DNA from: a virus
IMG/VR virus record: IMGVR_UViG_3300023174_000050
Coordinates: 64,001 to 128,000 of that record
Direction: 5' to 3' (one strand)
DNA: 64,000 bases
Shown here: positions 1-8,354 of the stretch, one piece after another
Position numbering within the stretch: position 1 is the stretch's first letter
Layout: each line of letters begins with the position of its first letter
Translations under genes and position numbers: made by a program
Notes under the pieces: generated by a model
Told to the model about the DNA's origin: nothing
The model's input: the letters and a program-made list of their open reading frames with translations, nothing else
The model's database searches: none

Positions 1-263
1 CTGCAACTATTAATATTTCTAATGATGAGGAACCATGGGATATCTGGTTTGATAATCTTAAAGGTAATAGATTTCCTATTAAGTTATATCCAGGGGATCT
101 CATTGTATATAAAGGCGATATATTACCCCATTGGAGAGATGCTTACGAAGGCCAACGACAAACGCAGGCTTTTTTACACTATGTAGATAAAAAAGGTAAA
201 CATAGAGATTATAAATGGGATCATAGACAATATATAGGATTGCCAGCTAACACAAAAAGGTGA
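1..263 (+). CDS. 2OG-Fe(II) oxygenase-like protein, 5'-truncated by the window edge
   Basis: Manual translation from nt 3: ...WDIWFDNLKGNRFPIKLYPGDLIVYKGDILPHWRDAYEGQRQTQAFLHYVD..., TGA at 261-263. The PGD..Y.G...HWR...Q.FLHY pattern is typical of small phage 2OG-Fe(II) oxygenases. Confidence 0.6.
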   Translation, partial: ATINISNDEEPWDIWFDNLKGNRFPIKLYPGDLIVYKGDILPHWRDAYEGQRQTQAFLHYVDKKGKHRDYKWDHRQYIGLPANTKR

Positions 264-267
264 TAAC

Positions 268-801
268 ATGAGTACATTAAAAGAATTAACTGCAGAAAAA
301 CATACAGAAGCAGAAACACAACCTTTTCTAAAATCTATTTTTGAAGGCAATGTCGATAAAGATAAGTATACCTCATATCTTTATCAATTACTTTATGTAT
401 ATCAAGTATTAGAATTTTATGGCGACAATCATAAATTATTTGCAGGTATAGAAGATATAAAACGATCAAAACAAATGGAATTAGATTGGATATCTTTGAA
501 AGGCGAAAAGGGCGAACCTGAACATATATTTCATTCTACTCAAAAGTATGTTAATTATATACATAGCATAAAAGATGATAAAAATAAACTAATGGCCCAT
601 ATCTATGTTAGACATATGGGGGATTTATTTGGGGGACAAATGCTAGCGAAATTGTTACCTGGACCAAATAATATGTTTAAGTTTAATGATATTCCTAAAT
701 TAGTAAAAGGTGTAAGAGAAAAGATTGATGTATCTCTTGCAGAAGAAGCTAACATAGCATTTGGTCATAATATTAATATGATAAAGGATTTTAATGATTG
801 A
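268..801 (+). CDS. Heme oxygenase (Ho1/HemO-like)
   Basis: Proximal His motif HTEAE near the N-terminus; distal helix YVRHMGDLFGGQ; 177 aa. Confidence 0.9.
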   Translation: MSTLKELTAEKHTEAETQPFLKSIFEGNVDKDKYTSYLYQLLYVYQVLEFYGDNHKLFAGIEDIKRSKQMELDWISLKGEKGEPEHIFHSTQKYVNYIHSIKDDKNKLMAHIYVRHMGDLFGGQMLAKLLPGPNNMFKFNDIPKLVKGVREKIDVSLAEEANIAFGHNINMIKDFND

Positions 802-1465
802 CGTATTTCCTCAGGCAAATAAACTTGCACAAAGTATAATTGATAAATTTGGACTTTATAAAGTAGAACAAATCGATCCAAGGTATACGCATAACGATGT
901 AGACTTTACTTGGGATAATTATATTTGGTCAGATAAAAAATTCCGAAGAGCTCACATAGAAATAGTGGATGCATCTGAGACAAAAAAGATGTGGGTTATG
1001 CATATGTGTATTTTCCCTCACTATAATTGCCCAGATCCTATATTTGGGTTTGATATAGTATGCGGCAAAAACAAAATTACTGGGGCATTCCACGATTTTT
1101 CTAAAGTCGGAGATTCTCAAATGTATACATGGTATAATAGAAAAATGGAAACATTGAAGTGGTCCAAAGGCAGAGAATTGCCAGATTGGGCAAAAAGAAT
1201 CTTTAGTCCGCAGATGTTAGCTGCTGGCAATATTCAAACACAAGAAGAATTTGATCAACTTAAGAATACGGTTATTGACAATCTTAACTATTACCTATAT
1301 AATGTAGGAGTACCTTATGCCTCAGCCGACTATTCGGAACAGCATGATTACTATTGTAGGAATCAAAAATTGAATCCCCATACCCCGGCAATGATGGTTA
1401 ACTTTGGAGTAGAAAAACAAACATTTATGGACTTTATGGATGATGTGTTGTTTCAGGAAAAATGA
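794..1465 (+). CDS. Ferredoxin-dependent bilin reductase (PcyA/PcyX-like)
   Basis: RRAHIEIVD, MHMCIFP..DPIFGFDIV and GAFHDFS, RELPDWAKRIFS and a C-terminal Q..NPHT motif; overlaps the heme oxygenase stop. Confidence 0.85.
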   Translation: MIDVFPQANKLAQSIIDKFGLYKVEQIDPRYTHNDVDFTWDNYIWSDKKFRRAHIEIVDASETKKMWVMHMCIFPHYNCPDPIFGFDIVCGKNKITGAFHDFSKVGDSQMYTWYNRKMETLKWSKGRELPDWAKRIFSPQMLAAGNIQTQEEFDQLKNTVIDNLNYYLYNVGVPYASADYSEQHDYYCRNQKLNPHTPAMMVNFGVEKQTFMDFMDDVLFQEK

Positions 1466-1728
1466 ACGAAGAATTAGAATACATATTAACAGATAGTTTG
1501 ATTATAACTAAAAAATTTAGATCTCCCAATGAATTTTCCTTATATATTGAGGAACGAGTTATGCGAGAAAGTATTGGATATATGGATGCAATTATACAAT
1601 ATTGCGGAGAGGTCGATATAGATGTGGAATCCATATCTAAATTAATTAATCAGTCTTTAAAAGACAAAGTACAAATAGAAGCAGAAGACGGTAACTATTT
1701 TAAAAAGAGAGGGAAATTACCCCTGTGA
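1462..1728 (+). CDS. gp33: Late transcription coactivator, gp33-like
   Basis: FSLYIEERV..IGYMDAIIQYC..IDVESISKLINQSLKDKVQIEA pattern; 88 aa; directly upstream of gp59. Confidence 0.8.
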   Translation: MNEELEYILTDSLIITKKFRSPNEFSLYIEERVMRESIGYMDAIIQYCGEVDIDVESISKLINQSLKDKVQIEAEDGNYFKKRGKLPL

Positions 1729-2354
1729 TTATGACCGAATACTCAGTGTATAAAATGTACCTAGCATTGAAACTACATTTTACTACCGAAAATTATGATG
1801 TTATAGCTCAACGAGGAAAAGTTAGAGCAAGCAAACAGGCATTTGCCAAACGTAAAGATTTATTCTCAATTAAAAAAGTAGCCAAAACATACTCAGATGA
1901 AGAGGTAGCGAATTTCCTAGTTGCTAATTTTACATCAGGAGATCGTTGGGGTGGCCTATTTGATTCTGAAGCAAGCGAAAGATATGCAGAGTGGAAAAAA
2001 CGCATAGAAAGTTTGACTTATATTTTTACTAATGATTTGAATAATCTAGTTGAAGATTTAGAACAAGATAACAAAATTTTTGAAGATGCTTTTAAAATCA
2101 CAAAAGCACAACACCCATATATAATTAAAGCATTTCTTAGAAAAACGATAACACTGGAAACTTTAGTTATTCTGGAAAAGATAAATCCTTTTTTAGAAAA
2201 ATTTGATCAAGAACTTAATAATGACATTATGTGGCCAGATATATCAAGACTGATGAGAAAATATAAACCGTTTTTACAGTTTGATAAGGAAAAGTATAAT
2301 GCAATACTTAGACGAAGAGTTGGACATGACAAATCAAAAGATACAAAATCTTGA
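1725..2354 (+). CDS. gp59: Helicase loader, gp59-like
   Basis: YKMYLALKLHFTTENYD N-terminus, FLVANF and ITLETLVIL motifs; position between gp33 and gp32. Confidence 0.85.
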   Translation: MIMTEYSVYKMYLALKLHFTTENYDVIAQRGKVRASKQAFAKRKDLFSIKKVAKTYSDEEVANFLVANFTSGDRWGGLFDSEASERYAEWKKRIESLTYIFTNDLNNLVEDLEQDNKIFEDAFKITKAQHPYIIKAFLRKTITLETLVILEKINPFLEKFDQELNNDIMWPDISRLMRKYKPFLQFDKEKYNAILRRRVGHDKSKDTKS

Positions 2355-2511
2355 AAAAGAGATTGCGTATACTAGAGAATTATTAGGGCAAACAATAGAA
2401 TCATTAAAGGAAACTCAAAGGTACCTTATGAAGCTAGCATATAATCAAGCGGATGTTACGAAAAAGGTCTCTCATTGGCCGTTTATTGTAGTATCTGAAA
2501 AAGACGAATAA
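2326..2511 (+). CDS. Small coiled-coil hypothetical protein
   Basis: ORF track 2281..2511; ATG at 2326 is the more likely start because it shortens the overlap with gp59; heptad-like sequence. Confidence 0.5.
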   Translation: MTNQKIQNLEKEIAYTRELLGQTIESLKETQRYLMKLAYNQADVTKKVSHWPFIVVSEKDE

Positions 2512-2535
2512 TATAGGAGTTTATTAAAATTTAAA

Positions 2536-2721
2536 ATGAGTAATAAGAAAAGAAACGATGACTTTGATAGAGAAAAAAAGTTTCGGGCAATTAAGAAGAA
2601 AAATGCTGTTGACAAGCATCGAAATCTTATATATAATATAGCATCATCTAAAAAAACAGATGATGACAATGGCGAGTTAGATTATGATTATGCGACAGTA
2701 CTCAAAATCAAACGACGTTAA
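2536..2721 (+). CDS. Small basic hypothetical protein
   Basis: 61-aa ORF preceded by AGGAG; no recognisable motif. Confidence 0.5.
   Translation: MSNKKRNDDFDREKKFRAIKKKNAVDKHRNLIYNIASSKKTDDDNGELDYDYATVLKIKRR
2609..2637 (+). promoter_or_regulatory. Sigma70-type promoter upstream of gp32
   Basis: TTGACA (2609-2614), 17-nt spacer, TATAAT (2632-2637); perfect consensus inside ORF 2536..2721. Confidence 0.75.
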
Positions 2722-2764
2722 TACAAACATACTTTTTATACACCGCTAATACGAAAGGCACATT

Positions 2765-3703
2765 ATGGCATTCACATCACTATCAGATCTTAGAAAATCC
2801 CGCGGAGGATTTGACTCTTTAATGAAAGAGGTCGAAAAGATCGCAAATCCCCAAGCAGAATCTCGAGGCGCTGATGATCGCTTCTGGTCTCCAGAAGTAG
2901 ATAAAGCAGGCAACGGTTATGCTGTTATTCGATTTTTACCTGCACCTAAAGGCGAAGACTTGCCTTGGGTTAGAGTTTGGAATCATGGATTTCAAGGTCC
3001 AGGCGGTAAATGGTACATCGAAAATTCTTTAACTTCTATAGGTAAAGCAGATCCAGTTTCTGAACACAACACAGAACTATGGAACTCTGGCTCGGAAGCA
3101 AATAAGGAAATTGCTCGTAAACAAAAGCGCAAGCTAAGTTATACAACTAATATTTTAATTGTTAAAGACCCAGCTCATCCAGAGAATGAAGGTAAAGTAT
3201 TTCTTTATAAATTTGGTAAGAAGATCTTCGATAAAATTAAAGACATGGCTGAGCCACAATTCCAAGATGAAAAACCAATTAATGTGTTTGATTTTTGGGA
3301 AGGCGCAAACTTCAAGCTAAAGATTCGTCAGGTTGAAGGTTATCGTAATTATGACAAATCTGAATTTGAGGCTGCTAGCTCCATTTCAGAAAAAGATGAA
3401 GATATTGAAGCTATCTGGAGCAAGCAACATTCTTTGACACAGTTCTTGGATGAGAAACATTTTAAATCTTATGACGAATTGAAGAAAAAATTCGAAATGG
3501 TTATGGGTTTAAGTGGCAATTCTGTACCAGGTAAGCGCGCGGAAGAAATTGATCTAGATAATCAATTACCTACATTAAAAGCAGTTAATTCTACGCCTAT
3601 GCCAAATACAGAAAAGGCGCCTGTTAAAGCGCCAGCTAAAGAAGTAGATTTTGATGATGACGATGAGTCTTTATCCTACTTTGCCAAATTAGCTGAAGAT
3701 TAA
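2765..3703 (+). CDS. gp32: Single-stranded DNA-binding protein
   Basis: DDRFWSPEVDKAGNGYAVIRFLPAP, HGFQGPGGKWYIENSLT, GKKIFDKI, GANFKLKIR, NYDKSEF; acidic C-terminal tail. Confidence 0.97.
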   Translation: MAFTSLSDLRKSRGGFDSLMKEVEKIANPQAESRGADDRFWSPEVDKAGNGYAVIRFLPAPKGEDLPWVRVWNHGFQGPGGKWYIENSLTSIGKADPVSEHNTELWNSGSEANKEIARKQKRKLSYTTNILIVKDPAHPENEGKVFLYKFGKKIFDKIKDMAEPQFQDEKPINVFDFWEGANFKLKIRQVEGYRNYDKSEFEAASSISEKDEDIEAIWSKQHSLTQFLDEKHFKSYDELKKKFEMVMGLSGNSVPGKRAEEIDLDNQLPTLKAVNSTPMPNTEKAPVKAPAKEVDFDDDDESLSYFAKLAED

Positions 3704-3722
3704 AAATCTTTAGCTCAATTAG

Positions 3723-3746
3723 ACCCCGCCTAGTGCGGGGTTTTTT
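3723..3746 (+). terminator. Rho-independent terminator after gp32
   Basis: ACCCCGC-ctagt-GCGGGGT followed by a T run, between convergent genes. Confidence 0.85.
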
Positions 3747-3750
3747 AATG

Positions 3751-5661
3751 TTATGCAAATATCCTACCGTTATATCTAAAGAAATCATTTATAGCAGTAT
3801 TGGTATTAACAGGCGAACCTGATACAAAAGACATTCCCGAACCAGACCCGGAACTTGCCACAGTAGTATTATTATTTACTATAATCGGTGCAGCTGAAAT
3901 AGCAGTATTTTCTGTTAAAGCAGCATTTTCATTATCAGCAGTTTTTAGAATAGATGCCATTGGCATTGTATTTAAATTTTGAGAAACTTTTTCAGATTTT
4001 GGTTTTATATTTTCTGATTTTGATTCTTCTTTTTTATTTAAATTATAGTTTGGATTTCTTTTAATAAAATCTTGATTTTTTTCCAACCAATCTAATATTT
4101 TACTATTTTTAGATTCTCCTAAATAATTAGGGTCCTTAATATTAATGTCCTTATAACGTTGTTCTGCCCAGTCAGTTATTTCTTTTGGTAGTTTTTCTGC
4201 TCTTTGTACTCTTTGTACTCTTTTATACTCTTCTTCTTCGCCTGCAGCTGCCCCACCTCGACCTCCGCGCGGTTTTTGATTATCTAATTTTTCTTTATTT
4301 GGGACTTCTGTATTAATAGGTTTTCCGGAATTATTCAACGCATCAAGTTTAGTTGTCATTTCTTTTTCGAAAGACACAGAAGATTGTCCTTTTTTATTCA
4401 AGTAATCTAGATATACTGCTTCTACATTCTTTTGCACATTAGGTGTTAATACATTGCCCTTATCATCAGCAAGCGAACCATCGGCTTGTTTTTTATAATC
4501 TTTTCCGTTATAAGGAACAACCTCACCCTCAGGAACTTCTGCATATTTTTGTTTATTAGTTTCTAATCTACCTTCCGCTTGTCTACTGCCCTTTTGTTTT
4601 GCTGCTGCTTCTTTTTCAGCTTTTTCTTTTTTACGCATTCTATCTAAATCTTCTGGATCATCCATTGTAGACAATAATACAGGGGCAGCTAGTAATCCCA
4701 ATGAAGCACCTAATACTCTAGATGCAGCACCCGCTAAAGGTAAAGCGCCCGCCGCAGGAGCTGTACTTGATGGTACACGTTTTGGTGTTGGTTGATTTTT
4801 ATTGCCAGGGAGTTGTACTGGCGAAGTTCCAGGTACTCCTACGGGCATACGAGAATTTGCTTGATTATTATTTAATATTTCTGATAAAGTTTCAACCGCA
4901 TATTCTATATTATCTGTAAATGTTTTTCCTAATTTATCTAGCGGAGGGATTAATCTAGAACTTACTTCTAACCCAATAGATTTTGAGAATTTTACTATAT
5001 CCAAAGGCTCATTATTGTTAACTGTCTTTGTATTTAAAGGAGTTCTTTTATTTGGATTCTCAGAAGCAGGTTTTTCATTTGTTTTAACATCATTATCAGA
5101 ATCATTTGATGTTTTAATTATATTAATATCATCTTGTATTAAAGAAACACTAGTTAATGTTTTATCAGATAATGTTTTTAGGGATTTAAGATTTTCTGTT
5201 AGTTGTTCCTGATACTTATTTGTAACAACCATAGACTCCAGTATATTTTTTATTATATCCCTGTCATCGGTATTTTTAGATTTTTTATCTTTAGCTTTAT
5301 CATTCTTTGTATCGACCGGTTTAGTCGCTTCAGACATTTTTACTGTGTTTGGTTTTTCATTGCTTGTTTGGCTTGCAAAATATTCTCGAATATCACCCAT
5401 CGCTTTGCCAAATACTTCTGCGGAGTAATCTTTAAATTTTTCCAGATAATCATCAGAACTTTTTTTATTCCGTTCGACTCTAGGACTTGGAGTTTGTTTT
5501 TTACTTACCTTCTCATCATTTCTTCGTTGTCTGGTTATTTGATTGGTTAGACTCTGTAAAACTTTAGTTTGATATGATAACGTTTCGCCCTGTTGGTGCA
5601 AGGTTTCGAGTATCAGTCTTTCACTAGCTGACATAGCTTGAGGATTTGTCGGTAAGCTCAT
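3751..5661 (-). CDS. Tape-measure / baseplate hub (gp29-like) protein
   Basis: 636 aa, low-complexity and helical with one hydrophobic stretch (LPLAGAASRVLGASLGLLAAPVLL); C-terminal APIIVNNNTTV motif; lies downstream of gp26/gp51-like genes. Confidence 0.55.
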   Translation of the reverse strand: MSLPTNPQAMSASERLILETLHQQGETLSYQTKVLQSLTNQITRQRRNDEKVSKKQTPSPRVERNKKSSDDYLEKFKDYSAEVFGKAMGDIREYFASQTSNEKPNTVKMSEATKPVDTKNDKAKDKKSKNTDDRDIIKNILESMVVTNKYQEQLTENLKSLKTLSDKTLTSVSLIQDDINIIKTSNDSDNDVKTNEKPASENPNKRTPLNTKTVNNNEPLDIVKFSKSIGLEVSSRLIPPLDKLGKTFTDNIEYAVETLSEILNNNQANSRMPVGVPGTSPVQLPGNKNQPTPKRVPSSTAPAAGALPLAGAASRVLGASLGLLAAPVLLSTMDDPEDLDRMRKKEKAEKEAAAKQKGSRQAEGRLETNKQKYAEVPEGEVVPYNGKDYKKQADGSLADDKGNVLTPNVQKNVEAVYLDYLNKKGQSSVSFEKEMTTKLDALNNSGKPINTEVPNKEKLDNQKPRGGRGGAAAGEEEEYKRVQRVQRAEKLPKEITDWAEQRYKDINIKDPNYLGESKNSKILDWLEKNQDFIKRNPNYNLNKKEESKSENIKPKSEKVSQNLNTMPMASILKTADNENAALTENTAISAAPIIVNNNTTVASSGSGSGMSFVSGSPVNTNTAINDFFRYNGRIFA

Positions 5662-5861
5662 TCCTGGTTATTCCTTATTTGTCTTTGTTTCTTTCTTTCA
5701 TTTTCTTCATTTATATGATTAATAAGCATTGCCACATAAACATCTCTTTCCCATGGAATCATATTTTCTATTTCTGATAAAGAATAATTATGATTTTTTA
5801 CTAATGAAAAATTTAATTTAAAAAAATTATGAAGCCCCTCATGGGAAAGGGTTATACGAAA
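5658..5861 (-). CDS. gp51-like baseplate hub assembly ORF without its own start codon (candidate -1 frameshift extension of the gp26-like ORF)
   Basis: Manual translation: FRITLSHEGLHNFFKLNFSLVKNHNYSLSEIENMIPWERDVYVAMLINHINEENERKKQRQIRNNQE*. The HxYSLxEIENMIPWERxxY motif is the gp51-like signature; TGA overlaps the ATG at 5661. Missing from the ORF track. Confidence 0.75.
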   Translation of the reverse strand, partial: FRITLSHEGLHNFFKLNFSLVKNHNYSLSEIENMIPWERDVYVAMLINHINEENERKKQRQIRNNQE

Positions 5862-5864
5862 AAA
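5835..5864 (-). other. Candidate programmed -1 ribosomal frameshift site
   Basis: T TTT TTC heptamer (5864-5858) in the gp26-like frame, 6-nt spacer, then hairpin CCCUU-UCCCAUG-AGGGG (5851-5835). Confidence 0.65.
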
Positions 5865-6544
5865 TTTTGTAGACCTTCCAAATGCATTTCATTATGTTCT
5901 CCGCATACTTCGCAATCTTTTTCTATATGCTGAACTAATTTTGGCATTGTTAAAAAGAAATTTTCTATAAGTTCAAATTGACTTTTAGAAAAAGAATTTA
6001 CAAATTCCGACAATTCTTCTTTAGTATATTCTTCATATATAGCATCTTCAGTATAAATAGATTTTATACAAGAACTTAAAAGATCTACAATTTTATCAGA
6101 TTTAAAATTTTGGTAAATATTAATCATTTCTTCAAATTTTGGATATCTCATTTCGACAATAATTTTATCAGTAATACTAATTTTTGTACTGTGTGCTGGA
6201 TCTTTTTCTACAGCAGCCTTTGTCAAATCTAATTCAAAAGGAATCTTATTATCACAACTATTGCAATCCAATGTTAATTCTACTACTTCAGAAATAGATC
6301 TAGCTCGCAAATTTAAGAATATATATTCTATATCAAAATTGGATAATGTATTCATTTTTAATTTATTGAATGTGCATGCATCAACTAACTCTGTTACAAT
6401 ACGATTAACCTCATCTGCACCTGATTCTAAAGTAGTTAATAATACTTTATATTCTTTAACCAAAAAAGGCCTAAATGTTATTTTTTCGTCGGTTGATGGT
6501 AAAATCAATTCATAAGTCGGTGTTTCTAATATAGGTAAAGTCAT
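5852..6544 (-). CDS. gp26: Baseplate hub subunit / tail assembly chaperone-like protein (gp26-like)
   Basis: LPILETPTYELILPS..ITFRPFLVKEYKVLL, DIEYIFLNLRARSISE, two CxxC pairs, FFLTMPKL, C-terminal EGLQNFF. Confidence 0.75.
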   Translation of the reverse strand: MTLPILETPTYELILPSTDEKITFRPFLVKEYKVLLTTLESGADEVNRIVTELVDACTFNKLKMNTLSNFDIEYIFLNLRARSISEVVELTLDCNSCDNKIPFELDLTKAAVEKDPAHSTKISITDKIIVEMRYPKFEEMINIYQNFKSDKIVDLLSSCIKSIYTEDAIYEEYTKEELSEFVNSFSKSQFELIENFFLTMPKLVQHIEKDCEVCGEHNEMHLEGLQNFFV

Positions 6545-6555
6545 TTTCTAATTCC

Positions 6556-7272
6556 TTAGTTTGGAGTAAATATAAAACCATCAGTTTCAGGATCATATTT
6601 TGATTTAAGTGATGTATTATACCAATCATCTAAATATGATCCTTGAGATTTTCCTGATTTGATACCGAATTCTCCCCGAGGGACAATTTTAGGTTTTGGA
6701 TCAACTGGTGCATGAGGTATACGGTTTGTCAGATCGTGTATTGGAATCCAACGTCTATATGCAAACGTTACGCTTAATTTATGTACTTGATTTTGAGAAC
6801 TTTGATTTAAATCTAATAAAGATGTACTTCTTGGAAATGCATCTTCTAAAAATATTCCATATGTAAAATTATTTCTTTCATCAAGTTGTTCTATCAAAAT
6901 TCTATTGGAGATATATTCCTCTTGTCGATACGCAAAATATTGTATTGGATCAATAATTTTTCCCATCCATGCATCAAAAAATGCTTTTACCTTCATTTCT
7001 CTATCTAGGTTAAAAGTCATTGTCATGCCTTCTCCGCCATAATCGACATTGAATGGTCTTTGATAGTTTGGACCTGTTATCCTTTGTTGTCTAACACCTA
7101 TAATTCGTGCGGGAAAATTTGCAGATTCACAATAAAGACTTAGTCGTTGTCCATGTGTTCTAAAATCCATATATGGTGCAAGGCTAAGAGGAGGCGAAAT
7201 AGTTACCTTAAATCTATTTGGTTTAGCTACACCTTCTTTTTTTACTGTTGCAATAAATTCTTTTAGTGACAT
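6556..7272 (-). CDS. gp54: Baseplate-tail tube initiator (gp54/gp19-like fold)
   Basis: AKPNRFKVTI, LSLYCESANFP, FDAWM..I, IEQLD, DAFPRS, VTFAYRRW: tail-tube fold motifs. Confidence 0.65.
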   Translation of the reverse strand: MSLKEFIATVKKEGVAKPNRFKVTISPPLSLAPYMDFRTHGQRLSLYCESANFPARIIGVRQQRITGPNYQRPFNVDYGGEGMTMTFNLDREMKVKAFFDAWMGKIIDPIQYFAYRQEEYISNRILIEQLDERNNFTYGIFLEDAFPRSTSLLDLNQSSQNQVHKLSVTFAYRRWIPIHDLTNRIPHAPVDPKPKIVPRGEFGIKSGKSQGSYLDDWYNTSLKSKYDPETDGFIFTPN

Positions 7273-7278
7273 TTGTTA

Positions 7279-7863
7279 TTACCTGTACTTTAGTTTGGTG
7301 TCTCGCCAAATTTTTTCTTTTGTCGGTTGACTATTACCTGCGGATTTAAATCTTTCAACGGGTAACATTGCTGCGGTTACCCAATCATTAAAATTTATTT
7401 TTAAAAATCTAGATTGTAAATGATGATTTAAATAATGTTTAACACATGCAGTTGCGGGTGCATATCTAGATGAACTATTTAATATTTGCCATGATATTTG
7501 TATTCTCGATTCTTCAGTTATTCTTTTATCTAAAGTTAATTTACTTAATTCACCCAATAATTTAAACCTGGCTAGGTATGGCAAATAATGTAGGTTAATA
7601 CCTAAAAACCCATCCGGTACTGTATTAAACGGCAATACTAAGGGCACAGTATCATAATAGGGCAAAGTCTTTTTATGTTTCGGATCATACATAAAAAGAT
7701 ACATTTCTCCAGGATTTATCCTAGACGTTAATTTTTCATTTCTAAGTAATTGAGTACCTGTTACATTTTTCCCTAGATTTTTCACCTGTTCTCTATACCA
7801 CTGGTATGATTTTTGCGTATCTCCCGCTTTCATATCAATGGTTTGAAATATACTATCCGCCAT
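7279..7863 (-). CDS. gp2: DNA end protector protein
   Basis: PGEMYLFMYDPKHKKTLPYYDTVPLV and GFLGINLHYLPY motifs. Confidence 0.9.
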   Translation of the reverse strand: MADSIFQTIDMKAGDTQKSYQWYREQVKNLGKNVTGTQLLRNEKLTSRINPGEMYLFMYDPKHKKTLPYYDTVPLVLPFNTVPDGFLGINLHYLPYLARFKLLGELSKLTLDKRITEESRIQISWQILNSSSRYAPATACVKHYLNHHLQSRFLKINFNDWVTAAMLPVERFKSAGNSQPTKEKIWRDTKLKYR

Positions 7864-8311
7864 TTATAAGTCCTAAATCTTTTTCTGTCAATACCATAAA
7901 TTTCATGTTCCTATCCTGACAAAATTCAAATGCTGCTTTCCATTTGGCTTCATTTACTCCATACTGAAATACCTCATCTATAAATTTTTTAGTTTTTCGT
8001 TCAGGTATGGATGGAGGTTTTGTAAATCTTTCAGGTTTTATTTCTACTAAGTATTTTTGAATTCCGCCGTTTTTATCTTTTATCTTAATATAAAAATCTA
8101 CAAAATATCTATGAACTTTTTTATCCAAAGGTGAGATATAGGGAACAATAACGGTCTCAGATCCCCATTCTTGCACCGAAATATTTTGATCGCACCATTT
8201 CATAAATCGCAATTCCCACAAGGAACGATATACAATATTTCCCACGTCTCCTTTATATTTTGAAGGATTCTTGGTTCTAAACTTGCCCTTATAGGTTTTG
8301 GTATACAACAT
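7853..8311 (-). CDS. gp4: Head completion nuclease
   Basis: YKGKF..KNPSKYKGD..IVYRSLWELRFMKWCD; HRYFVDF and EIKP (PD-(D/E)xK-like). Confidence 0.92.
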   Translation of the reverse strand: MLYTKTYKGKFRTKNPSKYKGDVGNIVYRSLWELRFMKWCDQNISVQEWGSETVIVPYISPLDKKVHRYFVDFYIKIKDKNGGIQKYLVEIKPERFTKPPSIPERKTKKFIDEVFQYGVNEAKWKAAFEFCQDRNMKFMVLTEKDLGLINGG

Positions 8312-8315
8312 CTAT

Positions 8316-8323
8316 TATAAATA
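8316..8323 (+). promoter_or_regulatory. T4-type late promoter for gp48
   Basis: TATAAATA 31 nt before the gp48 ATG. Confidence 0.8.
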
Positions 8324-8338
8324 ATTATGTTCCAACAA

Positions 8339-8346
8339 TATTTATA
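8339..8346 (-). promoter_or_regulatory. T4-type late promoter for the gp4-gp2-gp54-gp26 block
   Basis: TATTTATA on + strand equals TATAAATA on - strand, 27 nt before the gp4 ATG. Confidence 0.8.
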
Positions 8347-8354
8347 AAGAAAAT

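Noticed and set aside
268-1465. Calling the phage a cyanophage because of heme oxygenase and bilin reductase
   Set aside because: No psbA, psbD, hli, cpeT or petF is seen in the window and the reductase motifs look PcyX-like; the host cannot be assigned from this sequence.
7853-8311. Homing endonuclease or mobile element
   Set aside because: The PD-(D/E)xK-like ORF is the conserved gp4 head completion protein in its usual position; no HNH, GIY-YIG, intron or intein was recognised.
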